64,000 bases of DNA from Candidatus Bathyarchaeota archaeon (GTDB lineage Archaea > Thermoproteota > Bathyarchaeia > Bathyarchaeales > Bathycorpusculaceae), in the NCBI GenBank assembly GCA_963806535.1, contig CAWDYC010000009.1:121190-185189 (forward strand). The letters run 5' to 3'. Position 1 is the stretch's first letter; every line of letters begins with the position of its first letter. The notes under the pieces were generated by a model, which did not search any database, was not told where the DNA came from, and saw only the letters and a program-made list of their open reading frames with translations. This document shows, in pieces, positions 44,182 through 55,175 of the stretch. The translations under genes and the position numbers were made by a program.

Positions 44182-44523
44182 TTTTCAGATAATGGATTAT
44201 TGATAACGAACTAGCTTCTGTTCGCTTAAACGATACCATTCTTCATGAATCGTTTCCAAATGAATTGATTCTGGGATAGACCACCTCGAAAAAACTCACA
44301 AGCTGCTTGAAATTCTTGTCATGCTGTTCCTTGTCTCGATAAGCTCCAGCGCAATGAGCTCATCCCTTCAGGCGAAAGTGTAGACAACTTCAGTTACGGT
44401 TGCGCCCATGTGGGTTTAGGTGCACATTAAGTCTGCTGATTGGTTTTCCTTGTTATTGATGACTTATCTATATTTAGTCATAATAAACCTTATTTGATTG
44501 TTTAAACTCAAAACAAACTCTTA

Positions 44524-45315
44524 GTGGATGGCTTAAAAGACATGCCTGCGCGAAAACGAGTTGCCCTTCCCAAAGCTGCCGCTTTATTCTTGCTGATAAT
44601 AGGCATTGGGTTCGTAGTCGTTTCAGCATTTTATTCTTCATCCTTTCTAACAATACTTGGTTCAGCTATAATATTCTGGAGCTGCATCTTTTTCTATATA
44701 ACACCTACAAAGCAGGTGCCAATAACCTTTCTCGATGCTTTAGCAAAGACCAATAGCGATAACATCGAACGAGTGCTATCTGAATTTGATATAACTGAAG
44801 AAGGAATTTATCTGCCCCCTCGAAACCTGAAGAGTTTTGACTCAAGTCTGATTTTCATTCCAAAAAACTCAAAAATGTCTTTGCCAACACCTGAAGAAAA
44901 CTCTGAAAAAATTTATTCTCAAGAAAAAGATGGCGCTTTCATTACGCCGCCTGGTTTAGGGTTTTCACAAATGCTTGAAAAAGAGTTGGGCATGTCATTC
45001 ACGAGGATAGATTTCAAGAATTTGCAATTGATTCTTTCAAAAATCCTGATTGAAGGCTTTGAAATGGCCGAAAATATGGAAATTCAAACAAAAGAGAATT
45101 TAATAACAATAGAATTGAAGGGCAGCATTTTTGATTCTCTTTGTAAAGAGGCAGAAAATCAACCTCATGCTCATAAACAGGTCGGTTGCATTGTAACCAG
45201 CGCATTGGCCTGTATTCTTGCAAAGGTAACTGGAAAAGGTATAATCATTCAAAATGAAACTTATGTTCGGGATAGTAAGATCACAACAATAGTTTTTAAA
45301 ATTGTTGAAGAATAG
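44524..45315 (+). CDS. Hypothetical membrane protein (2 N-terminal TM plus soluble domain)
   Basis: 263-aa ORF with GIYLPP, ITPPGLG and GCIVTSALAC motifs. Function unknown. Confidence 0.65.
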   Translation: MDGLKDMPARKRVALPKAAALFLLIIGIGFVVVSAFYSSSFLTILGSAIIFWSCIFFYITPTKQVPITFLDALAKTNSDNIERVLSEFDITEEGIYLPPRNLKSFDSSLIFIPKNSKMSLPTPEENSEKIYSQEKDGAFITPPGLGFSQMLEKELGMSFTRIDFKNLQLILSKILIEGFEMAENMEIQTKENLITIELKGSIFDSLCKEAENQPHAHKQVGCIVTSALACILAKVTGKGIIIQNETYVRDSKITTIVFKIVEE

Positions 45316-45747
45316 CCTATAACAAATCCTCAATCTTTTAAGGAACAGCGTTTTAGCTACGATAAACTTAGATTCTTAAAGACTAAAAAGTGATTACAGT
45401 AATTGAGGATTTAGCAATAAGCAAGTTTTTTGCTGACGGTCTTTAATAACTTGGTCTGGAATTCTTTAAAGAGCCGAAAATGAAAACAAACAAAAGAAGC
45501 TTTTGACTATTATGATTGAATCCCATTGCCGTCAACGTTCGGGTGAAGCGGCCAAGGACTGTACGGGCTTTGTACAGCATTTATCAATTAGCAAACTTTT
45601 AGAGTTGTTGAGAAGTGTGTTTTTACAAATTTTCAGTTGTTAAGTCCGATAATAAACAAATGTTAAGTGAAATATAATATGGCTGTCTGTATGACAAGAT
45701 AAGTATAAATAGATCTCACTCATGTTCAGTTTGAGAAGACGACCTGC

Positions 45748-46047
45748 ATGACAAGACTACTAGCATTTGTAGACATTTTTGTAGAATCATCCGAAATGGA
45801 CGACGTTTTAGCCGCCCTCACTAAACTACAGCACTTAGAAGAACTATACGAAGTTACGGGAGAATTTGATGTGGTAACCTTAGTTTCGGCGGCGGACATA
45901 GAAGAATTTCGCGACGTCCTGAAAAACAAGATTATGAAAATAAAAGGTGTAAAAAGTACTGTTAGTTCAATTGTGCTTAAGGCTCATAAAGGACCAAAAT
46001 GCATTGAAGAAAATAACTTGCCAGCATCGGCACCTTCTACGATTTAA
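45748..46047 (+). CDS. Stand-alone Lrp/AsnC ligand-binding (RAM) domain protein
   Basis: LYEVTGEFDVV and IKGVKSTVSSIVL, with no HTH. Confidence 0.85.
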   Translation: MTRLLAFVDIFVESSEMDDVLAALTKLQHLEELYEVTGEFDVVTLVSAADIEEFRDVLKNKIMKIKGVKSTVSSIVLKAHKGPKCIEENNLPASAPSTI

Positions 46048-46148
46048 GAATGAATTATTTTTGTGCGTTTTTTTTCTATTTTGCGATGAATTATTGAAAA
46101 AACAAAAAAAAGTAGTTTGGAAGATTTTTTGTTGTATTCAACTTAGAG

Positions 46149-46382
46149 CTACATTGGAGATAGGACAATGGATGTTTCTGTGCGGGTGACATTTGGGTCT
46201 TTTTCGATTATTTTATAAACAACTTTGTTTATGTCTTCGAGGCATGGTGCTTCTAAGATTACGATTGCATCGTACCTGCCGAAGATAGCGTCGGCCACTA
46301 CGGTTTCTTTGACGTCTCGTAATCTTTTTACTACTTCTAATGATGTGCCCAGTTTTGTGCTTAATAGGATGTATGCTTTCAT
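46149..46382 (-). CDS. Stand-alone Lrp/AsnC ligand-binding (RAM) domain protein
   Basis: MKAYILL, IFGRYDAI and VTRTETSIV. Confidence 0.85.
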   Translation of the reverse strand: MKAYILLSTKLGTSLEVVKRLRDVKETVVADAIFGRYDAIVILEAPCLEDINKVVYKIIEKDPNVTRTETSIVLSPM

Positions 46383-46551
46383 GTTTGTTCCTCTTTTGTT
46401 TAGGTATTTTGATTTAAGAAGAATATGATTCTAGTGCATATAAGTTTTGTTTAGACATGTGTTTAATTTATATGAAATATTATGAACAAATCATAACTAT
46501 ATTTATATTGCACTGAGCATCCAACTGAGTATAAAAGAAAATGGTGAAAAT

Positions 46552-46650
46552 ATGTTTGGAATAATTGACATAGCCTCAGTAGCGGCAATAGTTGGTTCAT
46601 TCGCCTTTGTAATTTACAGCATCAGAGTAGAGCTAAAAACCAAAGTTTAA
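46552..46650 (+). CDS. Putative 32-aa single-TM peptide
   Basis: MFGIIDIASVAAIVGSFAFVIYSIRVELKTKV, with GGTGA upstream, a TATA-like element and a downstream hairpin. Confidence 0.5.
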   Translation: MFGIIDIASVAAIVGSFAFVIYSIRVELKTKV

Positions 46651-46672
46651 TTTACAGAACTGCCTTCAATTA

Positions 46673-46713
46673 AGCCTTCATATTTATTGTGTGAAGGCTC
46701 CAAAAACTTTTTT
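46673..46713 (+). terminator. Hairpin plus T-run after the small ORF
   Basis: AGCCTTCA...TGAAGGCT stem followed shortly by TTTTTT. Confidence 0.4.
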
Positions 46714-46836
46714 GAATTTCGGGCAGCTAAAAGATAATTTTTTATCTAAAATTCGACAAAGACGTTATTTTCTTTAATTGGGGGGTCATCTTTTTTAAGG
46801 AATTTTCTAATTTGGAAAGATTTGGTTAGGAGATTG

Positions 46837-46866
46837 TGGTGAGGCCGCTGGGTCTCAGACCCAGAT
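46837..46866 (-). repeat. tRNA-3'-end-like repeat, copy 1
   Basis: Reverse complement reads ATCTGGGTCTGAGACCCAGCGGCCTCACCA. Related copies at 49693 and 59315. Confidence 0.7.
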
Positions 46867-47165
46867 GGGTTCGGAACCAAACGTTAAAACGTCAAGATTC
46901 GACTGGCTCCGGGAGGGGGATCCCAGCCCCATTTTACCAGTAAAAGTTCAAAGATAGGAACGGGAATTGAACCTATAGACGTTGTCGATATCGCCAATTC
47001 TGCTCTCCTAAGCAACCACTTTCCTTTTTTTAAAGTTAAAATGGGTTGAGACCTTGATGGATGTGCACTATCCTGGACGGATAGGAACTGAACCCTATAT
47101 AGGCGAGTAATCTCCCTTTATCTTTTTAATCACGTCAGCAAAAAAGAGAAGTCACATATAATCTG

Positions 47166-47486
47166 TTAGAAAGTTAGGATTTTCTCGCATTCCTTGATTA
47201 TTGCATACAAGTCTTTCATGGTTGATAATGGACAGGTCTCTGACCCTCCAGAGTTACGGATCTTTAGACATGTTCCACAAGCGAATATTTTGCCACTGCC
47301 ACTTACGAAGGCTTTCATCTGCTCTGTTACTTTGAACTTGTTAGTATCTAACGATTCAGCTTCAACCCCTTTGCCCAATAGAAATACTTTCGCTTCATCC
47401 TTTTGGGTCAGCGCAAAATTCCCGAATCGAAATGCATTCCATACGGTCTCAGAATCGTTTGAATAAATTACTATACCTATCTTCAT
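47166..47486 (-). CDS. DsrE/F-like protein
   Basis: VWNAFRFG, VFLLGKGVE, ACGTCLKIR and CPLSTMKDL. Confidence 0.85.
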   Translation of the reverse strand: MKIGIVIYSNDSETVWNAFRFGNFALTQKDEAKVFLLGKGVEAESLDTNKFKVTEQMKAFVSGSGKIFACGTCLKIRNSGGSETCPLSTMKDLYAIIKECEKILTF

Positions 47487-47617
47487 AACTTACTCTCAAT
47501 ATTCCAATAGCAAAAGAATATAATTGCATTTCTCCGAGTTTATGCAAATCCGAATTATGTAAGTGGTAGTGAAAGAATTTAAACTCTTAAGAAATACTAT
47601 CTATTGAGGTGCAAATC

Positions 47618-48016
47618 ATGAAAGGATATGCAACTGCAATTGAAAAAGAAACAATAAAAAATACAGATTTTAGAAGAGTGCTCTACACTGGCAAATATAG
47701 CCAGCTTGTTTTGATGAAGCTCAAACCCATGGAAGAAATTGGCATGGAAACCCACGCCAACATAGACCAGTTCTTTAGGTTCGAGGAAGGCGAAGGGAAA
47801 GTAATCATCGATGGGGTTGAGCATAAAGTCAAAGATGGGGACGCGATGATAGTGCCAGCAGGCGCAATGCATAATGTTGTGAATACTTCTGAAAGGTTGG
47901 AGCTGAAGCTTTATACGATTTATTCGCCGCCGGAGCACCAAGACAAGGTTGTGCGCCACACAAAAGCAGATGCAGAAGCTAAGCCAGAAGAGTACGATGG
48001 CAAATCAACTGAGTAG
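47618..48016 (+). CDS. Cupin domain protein
   Basis: FRRVLYTG..SQLVLM, EIGMETH..DQFFRFE, VPAGAMHNV and YSPPEH. Confidence 0.9.
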   Translation: MKGYATAIEKETIKNTDFRRVLYTGKYSQLVLMKLKPMEEIGMETHANIDQFFRFEEGEGKVIIDGVEHKVKDGDAMIVPAGAMHNVVNTSERLELKLYTIYSPPEHQDKVVRHTKADAEAKPEEYDGKSTE

Positions 48017-48325
48017 CCCCATTATTTTCCCCTTTTATTTATTCATCACAAAATCGTTGACAAACCATTGAAGTTAGTCTCGCACCGATTTTCTCTTAAT
48101 TACGCCGCAAACTTTTATCAATCGGTTTACCCGTTGAATCTTTCTTGATTTAGAATGCCTAACCACAAGCATCGCTATTTTTGTGTGATCCAAAAAGCGA
48201 AAAAAGGCAAGGGCATCTCTGGAACTTTGGAAACTCTGGAACAGTGCCGTTTGAAGATACGACTTGTTAAAAAGTAAATCTTTCCCAGCATTCTCTCTGC
48301 TTAGTTAGCGGTATTTTAATGGAGG

Positions 48326-49006
48326 TTACAGGTTCAAAGGTCCATCTCTAAATAATCTTACCGCAAAATCGACTATGCTTTTAAGGGGCTTGTGCAAATA
48401 CCGCTCTAAAACAAATAATCCGATGCCCACGATAGCGACGGCTAGAAAGATGCCACCTAATACGTCGAGGGGATAATGTAACCCGACGTAAACGCGTGAG
48501 TAGCACACGAAGGCCGCTTCGACTGTTAAAAGCCCCGCTATGATTTTGTTTTTGAACCTAACAAGGGAAAATGATGCTCCAATGGCGACAATAAGAGCGT
48601 GCCCTGACGGATAAGAGGAATCTGTATCTAATGGCAAACGAGTAATTATGCTATTCACTGTTTCGAATGGTCTTGGCCTGTAAATTAGCAGCTTCATTGC
48701 TTCCCCTGCCGCAATGCCTACGATGAATACTGTGGCTAACTCTACTGCCAATAATTTTGTGCCTCTATTTCCAAAAATTAACATCACTGAGACTAATGGA
48801 ATCCAGAAATACTCTCGTCCGTATTGAGTCACCAGTTGCATGAACGACGTTAGCGGTGCTCCAAGGTAGAAGCGGTTGATTAACAAAGCAGCCTTTGCGT
48901 CAATGCTTTGAGTGACATTTAGAATAACGAGCAAGGTAACTACGACAAAGGCTAAGAAACAAGCAATTGCAACTGTAAGCTTTGATCTTGAGCCGTCCAT
49001 TTTCAA
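48326..49006 (-). CDS. PAP2-family phosphatase
   Basis: KLLIYRPRP, SYPSGH and SRVYVGLHYPLDV motifs. Confidence 0.9.
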   Translation of the reverse strand: MKMDGSRSKLTVAIACFLAFVVVTLLVILNVTQSIDAKAALLINRFYLGAPLTSFMQLVTQYGREYFWIPLVSVMLIFGNRGTKLLAVELATVFIVGIAAGEAMKLLIYRPRPFETVNSIITRLPLDTDSSYPSGHALIVAIGASFSLVRFKNKIIAGLLTVEAAFVCYSRVYVGLHYPLDVLGGIFLAVAIVGIGLFVLERYLHKPLKSIVDFAVRLFRDGPLNL

Positions 49007-49346
49007 GATTCTCCCTCGCGAGATAAAGGAAACAATGACTGATTGCTTAATATTGTTTAAACGCAGATGTTAGATTGGGTATCGTTCCACAAGCCCCCCT
49101 TCAAACAAAAAGCTGGGAGTGAAGGTTTCAAAACTATTTCGACCTGAGGTTCAAACGAGGGCTCAACGCCATCCCTGTCCAGATTAACGCAATATTATTA
49201 GCCGAAAAGAAGTCCAGCTATGCTTCGCTAAATCTTCAAATAGTTTTTGAACTCTTTTGGGTTGGGGGACGTGTAGCGTCAAACCATGGACAAATTATCC
49301 CTAAAGCGAAAACAAGAACCTATTGAGTGAGGGACTCATACCCGTT

Positions 49347-49693
49347 TCAGACTGTGTGAAAAGTCTCTTTCTTTGCTGGCTATTTGCCGTCAACCTTAAA
49401 TCTAGACAAGCCTTAGAGCAAAAGAAAGTGCAGTTGAAAGCCATGAGCGAACACGTAACCGGCACTCAGAAGCCAAACAGTTCTCTTCCCAGACACCATC
49501 GACAAGTACGTTGCCAAGAGAACCCAGTCAGGTTCATCGACGCCTTCGTAGACAGCCTTAACATAGAAAAACTCGGCTTCAAACACAGTACTCGCAGACA
49601 TAGGCAGACCATCTTATGATCCCTCAGGGCAAGCACCAAATAGCTTGGATGCAAAATATACTTAGGAATTAGCTAAGTTTTAACACAGTCTGA
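49347..49693 (+). mobile_element. Internally deleted IS1182-family element with terminal inverted repeats
   Basis: TCAGACTGTGTGAAAAGT vs reverse-complemented TCAGACTGTGTTAAAACT (16/18). Contains only a broken transposase N-terminus (ENPVRFIDAFVDSLN..LGF..GRPSYDP). Confidence 0.8.
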
Positions 49694-49714
49694 TTTGAGT
49701 CTGAGACCCAGCGG
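49693..49714 (+). repeat. tRNA-3'-end-like repeat, copy 2
   Basis: ATTTGAGTCTGAGACCCAGCGG, 20/22 identical to copy 1. Confidence 0.65.
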
Positions 49715-50052
49715 TGTTTTGGCGTATTCCATGATAGCTTTCTTTGTCGGAGCGCGTGGAAGCATTCCAGTGGCGCGCCCGTTTTATGTAACTGGTAATG
49801 CAAAAAGCTGGCATTGCACGCTACTTATTGCATGGAGTCCTTTTCAAATTAGCCACAAAACTTATTTTATCGATGTTATCAGCAAGTAATATCGTGTGGG
49901 GTTTGTAACAAACGACAACAATCGAATCAATAATCTTCATCCACTGTCGGTTGCATTCACATATTGACTCCATAGTTTCCGCTTCGTCGCCGACCATTTT
50001 AACCTCTTTTGGCTGGCGAAACCTCACATGTTGGCTCTCATGTGCCACTACT

Positions 50053-50508
50053 ATGGGGCAGTTGGAGTTAAAGGAAACGCAAAAAAAACGGCGAAGATGG
50101 AGAAGATATCTGCGCTTTCGAAAGCGAAGAAGAGGAACAGCCATAGTAGATACTTCCAAGGGAATATTGGTTGTGAGTGAAGACGGCAAAAAATATCATT
50201 TGCCTGGAGGAGCCGCAAAGGGTGAAGAAAAATGGGAAAACGCTGCTCTGCGAGAATTAGAGGAGGAAACAGGACTAAAAGCCCAAGAATGCGCCTACCT
50301 CTTTGATTGTAGCGGACGTATTCAACGGGACATAAAAGGCGGTTTTTTCAAGGATGCCCATAAAGTATACCTGATGAAAGCTTCAGGTGCAGCCGAGCCC
50401 AAAAATGAAATCAAATACGTTGCATACACAAAAGATGCTAACGTTAACCTTTCTCATACTACTAAACGAATAATCAAAAAATATTATGAAGGCGGGGTTA
50501 AAACCTGA
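50053..50508 (+). CDS. NUDIX hydrolase
   Basis: LPGGAAKGEEKWENAALRELEEETGL Nudix box. Confidence 0.85.
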   Translation: MGQLELKETQKKRRRWRRYLRFRKRRRGTAIVDTSKGILVVSEDGKKYHLPGGAAKGEEKWENAALRELEEETGLKAQECAYLFDCSGRIQRDIKGGFFKDAHKVYLMKASGAAEPKNEIKYVAYTKDANVNLSHTTKRIIKKYYEGGVKT

Positions 50509-50555
50509 ACGCCACGGTCTCTTCCGCCCTCGAAAAAACGCACGGTACATTAAGG

Positions 50556-50957
50556 GTGAAAAGCCGTACAAATCTTACTTCCCGCCAGATAGAGGTCTTA
50601 TTATTGAGAAAACGTGGATTTACGCAGGAAAAGGTGGCTAAGATGCTTGGCACTAGCAGGGCAAATGTAAGTATTATTGAACGTAATGCTTACAAAGTTG
50701 TTTGGTCTGCACAAGCAACGATTCAGGCTTTCGAATCGCTTCATGAAGATGGCGTTTTTTTAGTACCAAGCAGAACTTCCATCTACGATATCCCTAGACT
50801 TATCTTCTTGCGCGGTGATGTGCTCGGAATCAAAGTAAAGACCGATGAAAATGGTATAATAGCTCTGGTTAAGTCAAAGAAGAAGATACGACATTTCCGT
50901 TTAGTGTCTCCGCTAGCAGTGAAGATAAAATCGGACGGACAGCTGCTTCTTAAATAG
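50556..50957 (+). CDS. tfx: Tfx-family DNA-binding protein
   Basis: LTSRQIEVLLLRKRGFTQEKVAKMLGTSRANVSIIERNA HTH plus Tfx C-domain. Precedes an fmdE homologue. Confidence 0.85.
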   Translation: MKSRTNLTSRQIEVLLLRKRGFTQEKVAKMLGTSRANVSIIERNAYKVVWSAQATIQAFESLHEDGVFLVPSRTSIYDIPRLIFLRGDVLGIKVKTDENGIIALVKSKKKIRHFRLVSPLAVKIKSDGQLLLK

Positions 50958-51096
50958 TTTAGGGAATCAATGGATGAGTATGGTATTTTGGCACTTGAAA
51001 CTATGCTCAGATTATGAATAGAAGATAATACGATTGGCTTACGAAAACTTATAAATAAATTAAGGTAGGCGTGAATCTAAAAAGGAAGCGTACAAT

Positions 51097-51759
51097 TTGC
51101 AACCCCCTGAAAAAGATCATCACCATGCGCAACAGACGATAAATATTAACGATTTTGAAGGGCTCCTCCAAAAGGCATCAGAACTAAGAGGCCATCGCTG
51201 TCTAGGTTTACCATTAGGAATAAAGATGGCTCAGATGGGGCTTAAACTGCTCAACCTGTCTGAGGATGAAAAAAGGGAGTACCTTGTGGTTTTTGTAGAG
51301 AACGACAAGTGCCCTGCAGATGCAATACAGATTGCCACTGGGTGCAGTGCCGGAAGCAGAAAACTCAAAATGCTGTACTACGGTAAATCGGCGGCCACTT
51401 TTGTTGATGGCAGAACTGGCAAGGGGTATAGGGTTGTATCAAAAAAGGATTTAATGCCTCGCGCATTGGAGTTAGCCGTTAAAGATAATATAATACAAGC
51501 GGGTGAAAATATAGACGCAATGTCCAAACTTGAAAGACAAGTACTGATGAACGCTTTTATGAAGATGACACCCGAAGAATTGCTTGACTCCCAAGCGGTT
51601 CAAGTAACTTGGGATAGTCCTCTTGTTTCTTCAAGAATGGAACCCGCAGCCTACTGCTCGAAATGCGGCGAGGAAATCATGAGCGGAATGGGGATCAAGC
51701 AAGGCAACAATGTTTTCTGCAGGTCCTGCCTGAAGGGTCCTTACTATCGAAGTCTATAA
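51097..51759 (+). CDS. FmdE-family protein with C-terminal Zn finger
   Basis: GHRCLG, ENDKCPADAIQIATGC, YGKSAATF and CSKCGE..CRSC. Confidence 0.85.
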   Translation: MQPPEKDHHHAQQTININDFEGLLQKASELRGHRCLGLPLGIKMAQMGLKLLNLSEDEKREYLVVFVENDKCPADAIQIATGCSAGSRKLKMLYYGKSAATFVDGRTGKGYRVVSKKDLMPRALELAVKDNIIQAGENIDAMSKLERQVLMNAFMKMTPEELLDSQAVQVTWDSPLVSSRMEPAAYCSKCGEEIMSGMGIKQGNNVFCRSCLKGPYYRSL

Positions 51760-51941
51760 TCTCTTTTCTGATGCCCCTTCTTTGAGGGCTTAAGCCGCTT
51801 TTTTGGCTTGGGTTCTTCATTGGCAATTTTCAAGAATTGGACAAAGCAGTTACGGAGAGTAATGTAAACGAATCGATTTACCAAAATTTATAGAGTGCAG
51901 GCGAGTGCCCTTTCTCCAAAGTTATGAGAAAGGGATAAAAA

Positions 51942-53188
51942 ATGGGATTCAAAGCTACGAAAAACCGAATTGCAATAATAATCGCTGTTATTGTGTTAGT
52001 GGTGGTGGTACTGGTTGGAGCCATAGCGGTTCCAGAGTACCTCCAAAACAACAATTCGCCATCGCCGACACCAACTCCAACGCCAACAACTACCAGTTCA
52101 CCCTCTCCGACGCCCACAAGTTCTCCATCACCAACTCCAAAAGTGACTAATTCGCCATCTCCAACCGCAACAGCCGCACCTACTCCAACGCCAACGCCAG
52201 CTCCAACTACAACTACGGTCGTTGACATGTACGGAAGAACTGTAACTGTTCCAACTACAATTAACCGAGTGCTATGTACAAGTCCAATCGAAGAAGAGTT
52301 TGTCTACATGCTAGCCCCTAACAAGTTGGTTGGCTTGCCATTCACATACAACGGCAACCCCGCCTACGTACCTGACCAATATGCAAACATAACGGTGGTC
52401 GGGGGCTGGTACGGGACATCGACAGGCAATATAGAGACTTTCTTGGCAGCAAAACCAGATATCATTTTAGATGGCACTGACAGCACAAATGATTCACTCG
52501 CAGCAATGCAGCAACAGTTTGGTACGGTTCCAGTATTAGGATGCAATGCTGGCGATTATTTGACTCAGTACAAACCTGAAATCACCTTTATCGGAAACGT
52601 GCTGGGCGTACAGACCCAAGCCCAAAACCTCAACAACTACTATCAAGACGCCATGAACTACGTGACCTCCAAAAGTCTATAACGTTCAACCTGAGCAATA
52701 AAGTGACAGTCTACTATGCCGAAGGCTCAGCAGGACTTAACACAGATCCACAAGGTTCAATGCACACTATGCTCATATCTTTCTGCGGCGGCGTAAACGT
52801 GGCTAACGTTACGTTGCTACCCGGTATGGGTCAGGCTTCTACTTCAATGGAGGCTATTTACCAGTGGAACCCACAGATGATTATCATCGGACGCAGTACC
52901 CAAGCTACACTCTACAACACTATCATGAACAGCCCAACTTGGAACCAACTGGATGCAGTCAAAAACGGCAAAGTGGTAATCAGACCGGACAATCCGTACT
53001 CATGGTTTGATGGCCCACCCGGTCCAGGTCAAATTCTAGGTATGTACTGGATGGTGCACACGCTTTACCCAAGCTTAACCACAGACTTAAACCTCAATGC
53101 GCAAGTGAAGACCTTCTACTCGCAGTTCTACCACTACGATTTAACCGACGCCCAAGTCCAAACACTGCTAAGCGGAGGAAACTTGTAA
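51942..53188 (+). CDS. Fe3+-siderophore/cobalamin-type ABC substrate-binding protein (one frameshift)
   Basis: TM anchor, P/T linker, VDMYGRTVTVP, KPDII, VYYAEG..GL.TD and PYSWFDGPP. Confidence 0.85.
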
Positions 53189-53406
53189 TTTCGCTCTCCA
53201 CCTTCTTCCTTTTTTTCTTTAAAGTATGAACCCCTGAAAAATATCTTAATCGTTTAACCCCAAGCATGCCCAAAATCGAAATCTAACCTAAGTGAGTTGG
53301 GACTATTAGCGAAAAAACAAAGAACCAAATAACTTCCGGAGCTTACACCTCTAAGCTCTTCAAGACACTTAAAGCTCTGCGTGGTCTCCCCGTAAGTATA
53401 CTCCTG

Positions 53407-54376
53407 TTGATTCTGCTTGTGGCTCTCTTCATTCTTTCTTTAGGTTTAGGAAGATACCCAGTGTCTCCGGGAGACGTAGTAAACATTTTGTCATCCAACC
53501 TGTTTTGGGCACGCGCAAAACACTATACCAAATACTGTAGTCATGACCATCAGAATGCCCAGAATATTAGCCGCTATACTTGTCGGCGCCGCTCTTTCGT
53601 TAGCTGGTGGCTCTTTTCAGGGGCTTTTCCGCAATCCTTTGGTGTCCCCCGACATTCTCGGTGTCTCTGCAGGCGCTGGTTTTGGCGCAGCATTAGCCAT
53701 TTTGCTTTCGGGAGACCGCGTTATCATCCAAGTGTCGGCCTTCTGTTTCGCGCTTCTATCCGTCGCCATAGTTTACACGGTCAGTAAAGTCGTTAAAGGC
53801 AACCGTACCCTTAGTTTAGTGTTGGCTGGGCTGGCAATTTCTTCTCTGTTTAGCGCTTCCCTATCTTTGATGGAATATATGGCTGACCCTACCAATCAGT
53901 TGCCTACAATCATTTACTGGTTGATGGGCAGTTTAGCTTCACTTACCATGACTGATGTATTGGTTGCAGCAATACCTCTCCTAACGGGGACGGTTATTCT
54001 TCTGCTTATGCGCTGGCGCTTCAATGTGCTGGCAATGGGTGAAGAAGAAGCTCAAGCATTAGGCGTAAACGTCGGACGAATCCGAATCGTAATCGTTGTC
54101 TGCTGTACAATGATGAGTGCAGCAGCCGTTTGCCTTAGCGGCATCATCGGCTGGGTAGGCCTAGTCATTCCTCACATCAGCCGTTTACTGGTTGGACCAG
54201 ACCATAAACGGCTTCTGCCCGTATGCCTCTTACTGGGGGCATCTTACCTTCTGTTTATCGATGATATTGCGCGCACAGCATCTAATTTAGAAATACCGCT
54301 TGGCATTCTGACAGCAATGATTGGCGCGCCATTCTTCCTTTACATGCTTAGCAGGAGAGGAAAAGGTTGGGCATGA
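53407..54376 (+). CDS. FecCD/BtuC-family ABC permease (frameshift near start)
   Basis: RMPRIL, FRNPLVSPDILGVS, GEEEAQALG and GWVGLVIPH. Confidence 0.9.
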
Positions 54377-55159
54377 AACTCTGTGTAAGCACACGCTGAA
54401 TACCACTATGACTTCGAGAAAAACCACGGCTTCAAAGATGTCAGTTTCACGTTTGGAGCAAGCGGGAGTTATGTCCATATTGGGGCCAAACGCGTGTGGA
54501 AAAACTACCTTGCTAAAATGCATCGATGGACTAATGAAACTGGACGGCGGAAGCATTTCGATAAATGACAAAGACATCTGCCATCTTGTCAAGAGTTGAA
54601 ATAGCAAAAGCCATCGGCTACGTGCCCCAATTTCATCAGCCCAGTTTCGCATTTTCAGTGCTTGACGCTGTTCTAGTTGGTAGGGCTCCCCACATTGGAT
54701 TTTTGGATTCCCCAAAAAAAGAAGATGTCCAAATTGCTAAACAGGCTATAGAAACCATGGGTATATCCTACTTAATCGATACTCCCTACACTCAGCTTAG
54801 CGGCGGTGAAATACAGATGGTGCTTATCGCCAGAATCTTGGCGCAGCAGCCTTCCCTTCTCTTACTTGATGAACCCACTTCGCACCTTGATTTTGGAAAC
54901 CAGATACGGCTGTTATCGACATTGCAGAAATTAGCCAATACTGGCCTGCCAATAATCATGACCTCTCATTTTCCTGATCATGCCTTCTTAGTATCCAACA
55001 AAGTGGCTCTCATGAAGCAGGGCGAACTAATAGATGTTGGAACACCCGACGAAATAATCACTGAAGCCAAACTTAGAGGATGTCTACAAAATAAAAGTCA
55101 AAATAGTTGACGTTAATGTAGGCGTCAACCGCAAAATATGTGTACCCGTTGGAGAGTAA
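54373..55159 (+). CDS. ABC ATPase, FepC/BtuD type (frameshifted)
   Basis: GPNACGKTT, LSGGE and LLLDEPTSHLD. Confidence 0.9.
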
Positions 55160-55175
55160 TCTGGAGAATATATCT

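Noticed and set aside
45528-45578. GC-rich patch with D-loop-like GGTGAAGCGGCCAAG and a CTGTAC/GTACAG hairpin
   Set aside because: It cannot be folded into a cloverleaf and is too short to call.
48218-48242. Three TGGAA repeats
   Set aside because: Short, irregularly spaced (8 and 9 bp) and compatible with chance.
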